A stretch of DNA of 64,000 nucleotides from Catajapyx aquilonaris (taxonomy: Eukaryota), in contig JYFJ02000936.1 of NCBI GenBank assembly GCA_000934665.2, positions 1-64,000 on the forward strand. Direction: 5' to 3'. Shown here in pieces: positions 26,501 through 38,731 of this stretch. The notes under the pieces are model-generated. The model made no database searches. It saw nothing but the letters and a program-made list of their open reading frames with translations, and was not told the DNA's origin. Each line of letters starts with the position of its first letter. Within the stretch, counting starts at the first letter, position 1. A program made the translations under genes and the position numbers.

Positions 26501-26800
26501 CTGCGAAGCTGCCCCGCCTTTGCATCATATCTGCAGCGAGTCTCATGATTCGCTCCCCAACTAGCGACTAGCGCTCGTATCGCCCAGCGCTTCCAGAGCT
26601 GCTATCGAACCAAGCCTCGGAACACCCCCCCTCACCATCCAACCCTTCCCCCCCACCGCCTTCCCCCACCGCCCCCGCTTCCCACCCACCACCCACCAGT
26701 AGCCTACTCTCGGCCCCACCGCCCCCTCCTGGTCCTCACACCATTTCTACTACCATACAGGGTGCTTCATAATGATGCGGACAATGTACAGGGGTCATTC

Positions 26801-27025
26801 AGTCTCTGAAGCCTCGTCACGAAGATACAGCCCCACGACACTTCCATCATCACGATGTTCAGATGCACTAGCGGCTTATTTTTAAGCAGCTACTTTCATA
26901 TGTTGCCATATTTAGTTGTTAACATATGAAAGTAGCTGCTTAAAAATAAGCCGCTTAGTGCCTCTGAACATCGTGATGATGGAAGTGTCGTGGGGTTGTA
27001 TCTTCGTGACGAGGCTTCTGAGACT
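26801..27025. repeat. Long inverted repeat (foldback/MITE-like), ~104-bp arms and 16-nt loop
   Basis: 26801-26904 is the reverse complement of 26921-27025 with about three substitutions and one indel. Confidence 0.93.
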
Positions 27026-27060
27026 TACTGTTAGTTACCATATTATTTGCTAACATTTCG

Positions 27061-27063
<3 letters not shown>

Positions 27064-27095
<32 letters not shown>
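27064..27095. repeat. (TC)16 microsatellite
   Basis: Direct reading. Confidence 0.95.
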
Positions 27096-27098
<3 letters not shown>

Positions 27099-27148
27099 AG
27101 CAAAAATTTATTTCATGTAATATAAATGGGAGAGTTTGTAAAGTACGA

Positions 27149-27388
27149 CCACTTTCAGAAATGGACTCTAAGTTTCAGTACTCTCAGTAGTCTGAAAGTG
27201 GGTTATGTAGATGGGACAAACATAAACACTAAGTTTTTATGCTTGTCCCATCTACCTAACCCACTTTCAGACTACTGAGAGAGCCCCTTTCTGAAAGTGG
27301 TTTATGTTTCTCCATCTACCTAACCCACTTTCAGACTACTGAGAGTACTGAAACTTAGAGTCCATTTCTGAAAGGCTTTCAGAAAGGG
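27149..27388. repeat. Compound inverted repeat: one left arm with two tandem right arms
   Basis: 27181-27226 pairs with 27236-27281 (2 mismatches in 46); 27152-27214 also pairs with 27312-27374; a further diverged arm copy lies near 27791-27835. Confidence 0.88.
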
Positions 27389-27390
27389 AC

Positions 27391-27530
27391 GTGACGTATG
27401 ATGACGTTTTATAAAGCACCAATCAGAGAGCGAATCAGAGGCACGATCCTCTCGTCCAATGAGCTTTAAGTATCCCATCTGATCGTACCTCTGATTGGTG
27501 CTTTATGAAATGGTCATTATAAGTCAAGTC
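27391..27530. repeat. Imperfect inverted repeat with CCAAT boxes (MITE-like)
   Basis: ataaagcaccaatcagag (from 27411) vs ctctgattggtgctttat (ending 27506); aatcagaggcacgatc vs gatcgtacctctgatt. Confidence 0.7.
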
Positions 27531-27553
27531 GCTTACTCTTAAAGTGGTTATAC

Positions 27554-27784
27554 TACAGGGTGTTCCAAATTCATGGGTCGTTTTAAAAATAAGTTAACTG
27601 ATATTGCCAGATAGCAGTTATTTTTGTAGCTTGTTGTGCCCCTATCAAGGTTCCCCATTACTCCGCAGGGGGTCGAATATAACAGTTGCTATGGAATGGG
27701 ACACCTGGTTAGAAGCTACAAAAATATATTGCTATCAGGCGATTTAAGAAAAAAAAACAACCCACGAATTTGGAACACCCTGTA
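27554..27784. mobile_element. Tc1/mariner-type MITE, same family as 9401-9677
   Basis: TA|cagggtgttccaaattcatggg ... cccacgaatttggaacaccctg|TA; ~22-bp TIR with one mismatch; TA duplication. Confidence 0.85.
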
Positions 27785-29596
27785 TACAGATTATGTTTGT
27801 CCCACCTACCTAACCCACTTCCGCACCACTGAAACTTTGGCAAACTAATGGCTTGTTTTGACACGTGCTCGTCCTCACATCTTCTGTATCTTTATGACAC
27901 ACCTTGTACGCACGCATCGTCACATACACACATTCGAGTTGACGTAACGTGAGCAATATTGCACCTCTGTTCACACGGCGAGAGGTAAATCGTCTGTGAA
28001 GACGGGATGTCCACAGATGCTTTCAGGACAAGGATGCATGCCTGCACGACACGCCACAAAGGTGGGGAAATTTGGAGATTTTTTTAATTTTTTCAATAAA
28101 GAGGGAAAGAGCGGTCATATTATAGCTACTAATGTTAGGTTTTCAGTACTTGTAGACACAATTAATTGCAATCAGCCTGTCTGAACATTGGTGGAAACTT
28201 ATATCCCATGGGATAACCTTATCTGAAATGTTAGAAGCTATAGAATCCAGGGAAAAACAATTCGCAGCCTTTTCTAATAGGGCCACAACAGCAGCCATGT
28301 TGCCAATTTTCTTCCAAACACCCCTTACTATAGATAACACGCAACGAGATGAACTAGACTGACCAGTGACGTAAACACACGTTGACGACCAAGCTCTATA
28401 CGCTGGCTATCCCCCGCTTTGCAAAATATCCCAAGAGTCTCGTGACGACCTGGTTTCATCAGGTGAGGCACAAACCCTAACTACGTATACATCCAGCCTA
28501 GTTGGCATGGAAACGATAGCAGATGCCAATTCCAATTAGCAAATTGTTTTGTGCACAAATTTTGTGCGTGCAGAATCTGTAGCGATTTCGATCGATGTTT
28601 TTCCCCTGCAGGAAAAACATTTTTTTGGAGAGAGAGACAGTGTTGTCGGGTATAGTCCAATGATAGTTCAGGGTTAGTTCGTTGCAAAAAAAAAAATCAT
28701 AGGAACAATCCCCAAAGACAACGCCAGCGCTCGGTTCGATTTTAATTTGAAAATTTTCCACCGACCTGGTAGTGGTTAATGCATCGATTCACATTGAACA
28801 CGGAGGAGATTACATCGATCGTTCCTTGCCCTACTGACATTTTGTGTCTTGCACACAGTACATACACATAGGACACCGGTTATTTTGGCTGCAGTTAATT
28901 CGAAAAGTAATCCTCATTGACACATGATAGAATCAGCGAGTTAATCCTATAATGCGGCTGGTTGGACATTGCAAATGTCGGGAAAAAAATAATGCTATAG
29001 CAGATTATAGTCGCTGTTGAGAATTGTGGTTCATGCAAAAAAAAAATTGCAGATTGACGAAATTTGGTACAGTATGTGTCTGGTTTATTCATATTTATTA
29101 TCATATTTGAGGTAATTAATGCATTTGCATCATAATTTCATCCATAGTGATTAACATTACGCTTTAATTTTCTCGTTTGGACGAAAACATAGCTCAAACT
29201 CATTTCAAGTTGTGAAATATTCAGTGTACTCAATCTGTAAGGAACTGTACAGTACACACAAGGCTATATTTTGTTTGTCGCTTCCGTTCCAGGAGAAAAT
29301 AGCATTTTTTGTCCATGATCAAATTTGTACTGTAACTCAATATGTGATCAGATTTCCTTTTTCCACTTCCCAATGCACAGGGCGATGTTCTCTCCTAGTT
29401 TACAGGTTCAAGATGTTTCAAATGTTTCACTGCAGAGACCAACAATCACAAGTGAATATCAGGTAGTATTGTAGGAAATAATTGAGCTGGATTTTTAGTG
29501 TATTATCATTGTTTAGTGCAATATTTTTATGGAACTTGAAGTGAAGACAGTTGTGGAATTTTCGTCCCACTGCTATTACTATAGTTAGCTAACTAA

Positions 29597-29723
29597 TGGC
29601 CGGTTTCACCAAGCCCGGTTTTCATTAAAAAACCGGTTCTTTCGGAAAATCCCTATTATATTTGCAGGGATTTTCCGAAAGAACCGGGGTTTTTATGAAA
29701 ACCGGGCTTGGTGAAACAGGCCA
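29597..29723. mobile_element. PIF/Harbinger-type palindromic MITE (127 bp)
   Basis: TAA|tggccggtttcaccaagcccggttttcat ... atgaaaaccgggcttggtgaaacaggcca|TAA; nearly the whole element is self-complementary; TAA duplication. Confidence 0.85.
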
Positions 29724-30200
29724 TAAGTACCCATGAATCCGGGCACACCAGCCTCAGCTGTAACAAACTTTATAACATACTTTCTGTTGTAACAGACTCA
29801 ACAGGCCGGTCCATGCAAACTTCCATATTTACACACTTGATATAACATACTCATTTTCACCTCCCCTCGGTTGTAAAATACCATTTCTTGACCCCTCGGT
29901 GGGACAATATGCTGCTTTTGATTACTCATCTTCCTTTCCCACGCAATAAAAAGCACTGCATAATGGAGATGGGGGTGATTTTCCCACCTGTCACTGATCT
30001 AACACTTGCGAAAAGATCAAAATAATTATTTTTCTGGTACATTTGGCAAGAAAATGGCGTTTTTTGGGGGGTCCTGGCTAAATTATGGGTGGGCTATAAT
30101 TTGTCATGTTTGTGTGTAGTTTCATTAATCAGTATGTGCAGTAGTGGTCATTATAAGCATATGGAAAACAGAAAACTTGTGTATTCGTTGAAAAGTGGCG

Positions 30201-30282
30201 ATTTTGGCTATAACAGATCTCGGTTATAACAGACAGATTTCCTCGGTCCCTTGACGTCTGTTTTATCATGATTCAACTGTAT
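30201..30282. mobile_element. Right-end remnant of a pogo/Tigger-like MITE
   Basis: Repeated (g/c)(t)tataac motifs, ggtcccttga core and terminus ...attcaactg|TA; no left terminus seen. Confidence 0.45.
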
Positions 30283-32249
30283 AGTAACCATCCCAAACAT
30301 TGGTAATGCCAAGTTAGCAGTAACTAGCAGTTAGACGAAAATTCCATCCAGTGTCATATCCAAGCTGTATGTCAGATTTTTCCAATAAAACCTGCAATTT
30401 GGTTTTCAGTGCACTGTTAGCAAAAAATTCAGACTTTCAAACTTCTGGAAAAAAAAATAATTTCTGGTGCCGAAAATGTGAGGACCAGATATGAATGGGA
30501 GGACATTAATTCTCTTTCCCATCGTTCACACAATTCCGCATCGCGCATCAGTACTACCAACTTTTCCATCTATATAGTTGGCAGGTTTTCTCCCAGAGGT
30601 TTCACTTCTCAAGCATTTCGGCACCAGACAAAAGGGTACTGCGTGTTATTACAAGAGTATACATAGTGAGCAGGCGCAGTGTCTGATCTTGGAAATAGTT
30701 CGGACTATGGTTTTGGGGAAGTGAGTTGGCTGTCCTGAGGCCCCGGTTGCTAGGCAGCAGCTTCCTGCTCCGGAGGCGATTGCCCTCAGGCCAAGGAACT
30801 ATGAAATCCTGGCCAAAAAGTTTTCTCTCTCGCGGGTGCGCGGAACCGCCTTCTCTTTACCACCCACCCCCAACCCACCAACCCCCAACTTCCATTTGGG
30901 TTGTTTGCCTCTTTTTAACATTTTTGCACGACAATGCCCTTTCATGCCCGACATTTTGCCTGAAATCGGAGAGCGGAGGTTGTTCATAATGGTGCGGAAA
31001 AATGTCGAGTAGAGTTGTTGAAAAAAAAATAGCGCGCAAAACGAGTGCAATTTGGTTTGCTTCCCTGAGAATCGCTTAGCTACGGAAAATGGGAGCTTCG
31101 GGACTTTTTTTTTATGGGAACAAAAATACAGGGTGTTGCACGATTGAAGTCCACAGTTCACGCCACAGTCTCTTGAGAATATTACTTTCTACCCGCTGGT
31201 TGCACTTGCACTGTACTTGTAAGGTACACTGCGTCATGAAGGACAATGCAATGCAAAGTAGTGCATTAGAGCACTTGTGCTCGGTTAGGGATAAATTATT
31301 GCCCATTTTGTAATTCTAAAATGGCGTGAAAGTGTTCACGCTCTCTTGCAGGAAAACCGGAGGAAGAAAATGAGGCTAGTTACACCCCCATTACCAAATG
31401 GGCATTACACGCCGCAGCAAAACATTGCCCTTCAGAGAGCCTTGTTTTGTTTTTCCTCAGCACTTGCTGCTCTCTGGTGCGTTACTTACACATCCGTTTT
31501 TAAACAGCGGGCTAGAAAGCTGCTCATTTATTCACAGGTCACAGTTATATAAGAATAAACATATCCAAAAGAGCATATTTTGCACTTACACTGTCGACTA
31601 TATATGAATGTTTTTGCGAGCGCAACCGGGTGCGCACCCACACTCACGCAGCTCCATTGTTCTGGCAACAACGTTGCCACAGTTATTCCCCATGGGCCAA
31701 TTCGCACCCGCAGCCCCTGAGGTTCGGCAACGTCGCAAACGTCGGCCATGCCCCCAGTGTAGCGTTGGAAGTAAATGCACCCACTATACAGAGATTACCA
31801 ACTATTGATAACACTGCTGCGAGAACTATGATGCGAAATAGATTGCGTTTGTATTTTTAAAAACATATAATGGCAAGAAACACTTACAGGTATCGGTCCA
31901 ACAATCGGCCACATCAGTTGGCACCGTACGTGATGATGCATGTGGCAAAACTGTTTATTTGCCCCTTGATCCGATCGTGTTGATACTACATCGCGTCCGA
32001 AGAGGGTTTTTTTTTCCAACAAAAATGGCGATGTGCGTCGGCACATGAAAGGTGAAGGGTGTCGCACTGCAAATAGTAGCTCTCTGCAGGGGAGTGGACT
32101 GAACCAGGTTGAGTGACATTGGCAGGCGTGCCGCGGAAAAAAGAAAAAAAAAGAAGGAAGGTGATGCTGCCATGCCGCCAAGGGGTTTCCATGGAGACAG
32201 CAGAGTTTGGATCCCATCCCAGAAGCATCCAGCCAGCAGGGTTTAGGGA

Positions 32250-32273
32250 GGAAGGAAGGAAGGAAGGAAGGAA
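32250..32273. repeat. (GGAA)6 microsatellite
   Basis: Direct reading. Confidence 0.9.
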
Positions 32274-35200
32274 CTGAGGTTATGACCCAACCAGTGTGGT
32301 CCATCATCAAGGCCTAGGGGCCCCTCCAAAATGGCCTTAAGAGCACCCCAGTGATTGCCTTCGAGGGGTCGTGTGCTTTTCCAACAGATTTCATAATTTA
32401 AGTGCATAGAAGGGACGAAGGAAAAGTGCATCGTCGCATAAAATGTGGGCGAAAGTTCATAAGCTGCGAATTTGATTGAGTCTGTCCCTCTGTTTGTCCG
32501 CAGTGAGTCATCTCTGCTCAGATAGGTGGATGTAGTACCACTACTCATCGAAAGGTGGCAGTAGTGTGCAGAGAGGGAGGATGCGCCATCTATGGATGGG
32601 ATGTACTACTACTTGGACAGTCGGGGGGCAATATTCGGTATATGATTCGCTATAGGTGTGATATCTGATAATGAAGGCCTTTCTAATTAAGGACACACTA
32701 TAATCTGTGTCCAGCCTGTCCTGCCCTACCTTGTACTATACCTTGTCCTCTTTTCACTCTCCCACAGCATAAATCCAATATTCCGCTTCCTTTCACCCGT
32801 TTTGCATACTCAGGTCCGCTGACGTGTGCCCTCCACTTTTTGCGTGTGTGTTCGAGGTCTGATGTCGGTGTCCCCAAACTGCACCGCCTGGTTCTCCCAC
32901 CCCCTAAAAATACCCTGCTCTCTTCCTCTCCTGGGAATCAATAGTCGTCCGTACAGTCCTTCGGCTTTTCTGGGATGCCTTTCCGATAATGTCTTGTCGG
33001 CTATCGGATTGATCACAGCGGATGCATCACGCGCACTCTTCTTGCCCAAAAACAAGGGGGGCTCCAACCGCAATGGTGGCACCGAGCAGTTATTTTAGAA
33101 TTGTTATTTTTCATGGTTGTTAAAAGTATTATATTAGAATTTCTAATTACGAATGGGCCGTTATACCAATTCAAATATTGAACCCATTGATGCTTGAAGG
33201 CATATCAAAGCGTTTGATAACCACTTGTAACTGATTAATTTTTGCAGATTTCAACTCTAGGCCTACAGTATATTACAGTTGGCACACTCATTGAACCGCA
33301 AAAATTATGCTGGCTCTCTTCCTCCCCGAGGGTACACTGTGCAGGATTGGAGAAGCAGTTAGTCACTCTTTTATTGTTGCGATTGTTCCCCGTGGGGGTG
33401 GTGCCTTGTAATTGGCACCGCTTGGCCTATTGAGCAGTGCTGAAGTGGGAATCGATCTGGAATTGGAGAGCACTCATTGATCCCCTGATTTGTGGAGGGT
33501 GTCACGATCCCTGGATGATATCTTAATGCATCAGATGGAACCGAGATTTCTTTTCATATATAGGGGAGAAAGATGGCAAGGTGTATAGTGTTGAAGGCTA
33601 ACTTACTTCAAAGCTGGTCATGAAACACCTGGGATGTAAGCCAATATTATGACCTATTTATTATGAATGGTTCATGTCAAAAACCAACATGAAGTGAATC
33701 AAAATCACATATTTTTCCATTGAATTGGTTTTAGCTTCTCTACAAACGGGTTGCTGGAGTAAACAATGAATTATTTCCTCTCGTACTCCCACCTTTAATT
33801 TGAGACTTGGGGCACTATGTATTGATTGATAACATCGATTTAGCAGGAATTCATCGGATGCGCACTCTCCAGAGAAATCCATGGAAATCCACACTTTTCA
33901 TACAGTAAATCCCGTTTGACGCAATATTACAAAGTAGAATTTTGCAAATCCGCTTAGGCCATGACTCGCACTTTAGAAAATCCGATCGGTATTTTTTATA
34001 TATAGTGAAGAAGGAGGTCACGGCGCATGTGACATTGTCGACATCAATTTGAGTGGAAGGGCGGTCGAGTCTGAATGCCTGGAAGGCGAAGCTTTGGATT
34101 TCCGGATAATTCCTACTCCGATATCTAGCCCCCGAGATACGATTCTGCACAACACACGCTACAGGTCGAGATTCTGAATATTATAAATAAGCAATAAAAT
34201 AAAGAAATGAAAATCGAAATAAACAGCCAGTTTCCGACATAGCCTACGTAAATTCTGACTTATGTAAAAAATTCCGACATATGTACAAATATCTGACGTG
34301 CAATTTAGTCGGTTTTTGCACAGTATCCCCAACCGTTCCAACATAAGATTACACGGTTATCCCGACACACAAGCCAAAAAATGTCGAGACTTGAAGGACA
34401 CAAAGATTGCTGCGATTTGTAGCAGGTATTGTCAGCAGGGGTCCTCAAGAATGGATCAACAGCTGTCGACCTTCCGACCAGGTTCACTAATCCAGCCAGG
34501 GGAGCCCTGAGAGCAAGAGTTGAAAGCCGTGTATCGACCTGTCTCACCGGAATGACAGGCTCGGGGACACCGTTGGCAAAATGAGCTATATTTAGGTATT
34601 CTGATCGTGGGGTACAGGACAGCTGCTGCACATAATGACCTCTGCCTCACTGTCAGAGCCAATATATCGATGAATTGATCCGCTACTGTTTCCCTCAAAC
34701 GTCATCTCAATCCGCATTTTTTAAACATTTTTATCGCTCTTTTCTGATCGTCCTTACTGATGATACATGGGCGCCGCCATCTTTACACATCGGCTCTACT
34801 CACACCCCATCTATCCACAAACTGCCTGAAACTGTTAGTACTCTAGATCTAGAAGTACACATGCGTCTCTGTCAAATTACACCCAAACATTTTTTGTGTT
34901 TATAATTTATTATAGACTCATACTGATTGTATGAGTGTATGTTTTGTACGGGTGTTCATGTCATGGATATCATCTTCATCCCCTTCATTAACCCTCTGCG
35001 TGGCCTGACCCATTCACCAGAGGATTCATTTTGTTGGTCGAACGAGGTGGCCAAGTGTAACCTGGACGACGTTGGCTACCCTTGAATGGGATTAATGGCG
35101 TGAAGTAAATGAATGAACGATTATTTATTATAGCGCAGAAAAATATTTTATATAAAACTTTGAAACGTGTTTGAAACTGTCATTTGCGCCACCCTTCTAC

Positions 35201-35510
35201 ACAATGTGCGATTTGTTCGGAAGGATTGCTAGTGTTGCATTGCAAGTAAGAGGATATTATATTTCATTGCTTATAAGGCATTGTTTATAGGAACGTGAGT
35301 TATGCAGTTAAACGAGTCGTTAATTAAGTCGCATTGCACTCATTTGTAAGCATGCCGTGCAAGCATGTTGCCTTACGACTGCCATTGTATGGCCATCTCT
35401 GTAAGTGATATTCCCCTATTGTATACTGTGTATACAATCATGTGCGTACAGTACGTATAATGAACATGACTACGTAGGCTACATTATAATGCGTAAGTAT
35501 TATGCAAAGA

Positions 35511-35611
35511 CAGTGAAACCTGTCAAGTTGGACACCTTAATATGTTGGACACCTCCCTATGTTAGACATTTTCTTGGAACCGTCAGTGTCCAACATAGAC
35601 AGATTTCACTG
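35511..35611. mobile_element. pogo/Tigger-like MITE (101 bp)
   Basis: TIR cagtgaaacctgtc ... gacagatttcactg; internal repeated tgttggacacc; right flank TA, left flank GA. Confidence 0.7.
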
Positions 35612-36188
35612 TAATTGATCAGAAAGGTTGCTTCCGCTAGCACTTCCGGTCGTGCAAGGTGCAAGGTCGAGATAGATGTCCCATAGAATAGCATCCACAC
35701 TATTTCATATTCACGTTGTGCACGGTGAAAAAAAAAGAGTCGAAGCTACTGTTTCGAAACATAAATATTAATGGGAGAATCGGGACTGGTTCTCTCGTAA
35801 TGAGAATGTTTTAGCACCCACTGCACTGCTCGTATAGAACTTGCCGATTAGTAATTCGCCAAACGAAAATTCCATGCATATTCACGACTCAAAGCCTTGA
35901 CAAACAAGAGCTGAAAGGTTTGAATCGGTAGTTTATCACTCGAGCAATATACACTGCGCAGATCAATAAATAGGCCCCCTTTAAAAAAAATACTACTCGT
36001 TTATCTTCATTTGCTTTGAGACGCTTTACATTTACGATATGTCCTGCCTGTCACAATAAGGGTTACGTTTCTGAACTTGTTGGACAAATTCACTATAGTT
36101 GAAGGACCTATGGCTGAACTATTTGTTGTCTTGGTTTTTCTCATGAAATAGACAGGTATGTAATGTTTTTACCAGGTTTTTACTTGTT

Positions 36189-36480
36189 GAGGCGTTGACA
36201 TGGGAAAGGGCATATATGCCCTTTCCCATATACGTCACCAAAAAAATATTTTCCAAAATACAGAGGATAAGGAAAAGAGCAGTTTTGAGAACACTGTGAA
36301 TCACATTTTATTACACAAAAGCTCTCTTAACTCTTATTGTTGGATTTTGTTACAAAAGCCATGAAAAGTCAATTCAAAGCAGTCAATGAGTTCAGCATTT
36401 AAATGTATATAGGCTACTTTATGTTCTCTTTTGAGGGATATTCTCTTTGTGACTTTTGCCCATTCCCATGTCAACGCCTC
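36189..36480. mobile_element. MITE with GAG...CTC termini, Sola-like (292 bp)
   Basis: TIR gaggcgttgacatgggaaagggca vs tgcccattcccatgtcaacgcctc (1 mismatch in 24); flanks tgtt / cgtt fit a 4-bp TSD with one change. Confidence 0.7.
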
Positions 36481-38686
36481 CGTTGTAAGCAATGGTAACA
36501 TGTCAATGTCTAATAATTATTTCCTCCCCCCCCTTGTTAAGTTANCTTGTTAAGTTATATATAGAACAATTCACACCCCTGTGATATTTCAAAGCATTGA
36601 TCCGTTATGTAATTATTAATACATTTATGTTGTTTGTATCTTTGACCACACTTAATAGCCTGCTGGTCGGGAAATGAGCCAATAATTAGCATCAGTTCTT
36701 ATCAATATCTAGAAAAGATCTGGCATAATTATGTTAGATCAAGAATTGGGGCAGAAAAATATTTCAGCACAAAATAAATTGACGCTTAATATTTTTGCAA
36801 TAACCTGTATCTGCATTTGACGCCAATTCAGTTTGGCAATAGCGACAGCTTAATTCGAGGAAAAAAATTACAGCCGCAGTGCTCTTCTGACTAGAGAGAG
36901 GGCTTCCGCCCTCCTGTGAATGCCCCGAATTTTGTCGGCCTAGGTCAACCGCTAGGGCCTGTGGAAAGGTCAGGGAAAGGGCCATTGCCAAGATGGAGTG
37001 GGGTGGAAGGGAGGGAGGGGGTCCTGCCCAAAAAGATGTTGCGCCTTGTGGCCTGAATCCAGCCCAAGAGAAGGGATGCTGGTGGGGTGAGGTGGGAGCG
37101 TTCTTGCACACACCAACCCCACCCCTTTTGACTCCCCCGCAGCCATTATCCCCCCTCCACCCCCTCTCTCCCTGGGAAGACGGAAGCTGGGGTATTGATC
37201 TGTCGCTGGGCACAGCATCACCCTTCTGGAGCCATTTTACAAAAACCCAGCCCTGCCTTTCTATACACCCAAAGGGACTCGTTTCAGCTTGTCAGAGGGC
37301 AGCATCTCGTTGCTGGATCATACAGGGTGTGCCATTTTTGCAGGGGGAGTTCAAAGCTTGCAATAGGAAGCTGGTTGGTTTCATTAGAAATGTGAAAAAA
37401 TTAAATTAAATTAAATCTGGTTGTACAAAGAGAAATTAGAGACAAATGAATGCTGATAATCAAGCAGGCAATAGAAAATATTAGCAGCCTCTTATTAGGT
37501 TGAATTGGGCATCACTTTAAATAAGTTGTTGCGTAAACAAAGTGCTAATTAAGCTGATGTGCACTACTAAATTCTTAAAACGTAAGGCAATAGTGGATGC
37601 GAATTTGGATCTACTTACGATTAAAGCCTTGTAATTTACACCAAGTTGGCTTGCCTTTTCTCGATTTATTGGATCCATTCCTCTACCACAATGGGATTAC
37701 CTTATCCATGTGTCCATTCTTGGGACTCTAAATCTTGCAAAGTGATGGATAACATTTTGGTTTTGCCATTGTCAGTTGTTGCTGAAAATAATAATATTGC
37801 AATTAAACCTGTCTGCAACTGATTGTGGATGAAGCGATAACATACTTATCTATTACAGAATGGACAGAATAATTATCAATTCAAATCTCTCCCACACAAT
37901 GCAATTCTAAAAATTACCCAGGCTATACAAGCTGAACTGTAAGACATGTTACAAACAATTGTTAAAAGTAGTTTCCTACCGATCTTGGCATTTCAGGAAT
38001 ATGCGTATGCCTCCAAGGCAAAGCGCATTACACGTTTGTACAGTATACGGTACGTTTGGACTTCCCGGAGTTGTAAGCAGCTCCTATATGCGTATATTTT
38101 TGCTCTTGGCGACATAATCATACATACCGTATTGGGAAGCGGGCAAATTGCATTATTACCATAAGCGAACGCTACGAAAACATGTTTTCTTGACTTCGCC
38201 GAACGGTTATACGTATACAATGCTTTTTGCCTTTTAGAAGAGAAAACAGGATATTTTTGGCCATATTTTCCCAATTTGACATTTCTATGAACCATGCAGA
38301 CAGTGTGCTAATGACATAGATTAGCCCTACACCGGTCTACACCTTTATAATGGACAGAGGAAGACGTTTTCTTACATGAGAACTGATGCACTGATTTTAA
38401 AATTTAACATCCACAGATCCGTTGGTTGTTGGAAATAATGGTCAATTTTTGTAGTATAAAATTTCTCCCAGTGACAAAACAAACGATATTACAAGTAGTT
38501 TCGTGATTTAACGTGCCCATTTATTGTGGGATAATTGCTCCTAGGTGGGAATTTAATATAATTTTTGGCACAATTGTATAGGGAAGTGTGGTAATGCGAA
38601 ACTTATATTTCGCTTTCAAGGTACAGTACAGGTATCACACTCGAAGTTTCTTCTTCAAAAATTGATGATGAAACTTTATTTCCCTT

Positions 38687-38731
38687 ATCATCATCATCAT
38701 CATCATCATCACCACCACCATTATTATTATT
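38687..38731. repeat. Compound (ATC)n-(ACC)n-(ATT)n microsatellite
   Basis: Direct reading. Confidence 0.9.

Noticed and set aside
34298..34698. Overlapping ORFs in a GC-richer patch, possible retroelement fragment
   Set aside because: No RT, endonuclease or integrase motif could be identified.
36533..36557. 12-bp direct repeat cttgttaagtta around an N at 36545
   Set aside because: Most likely a contig-join assembly artefact, not a TSD.
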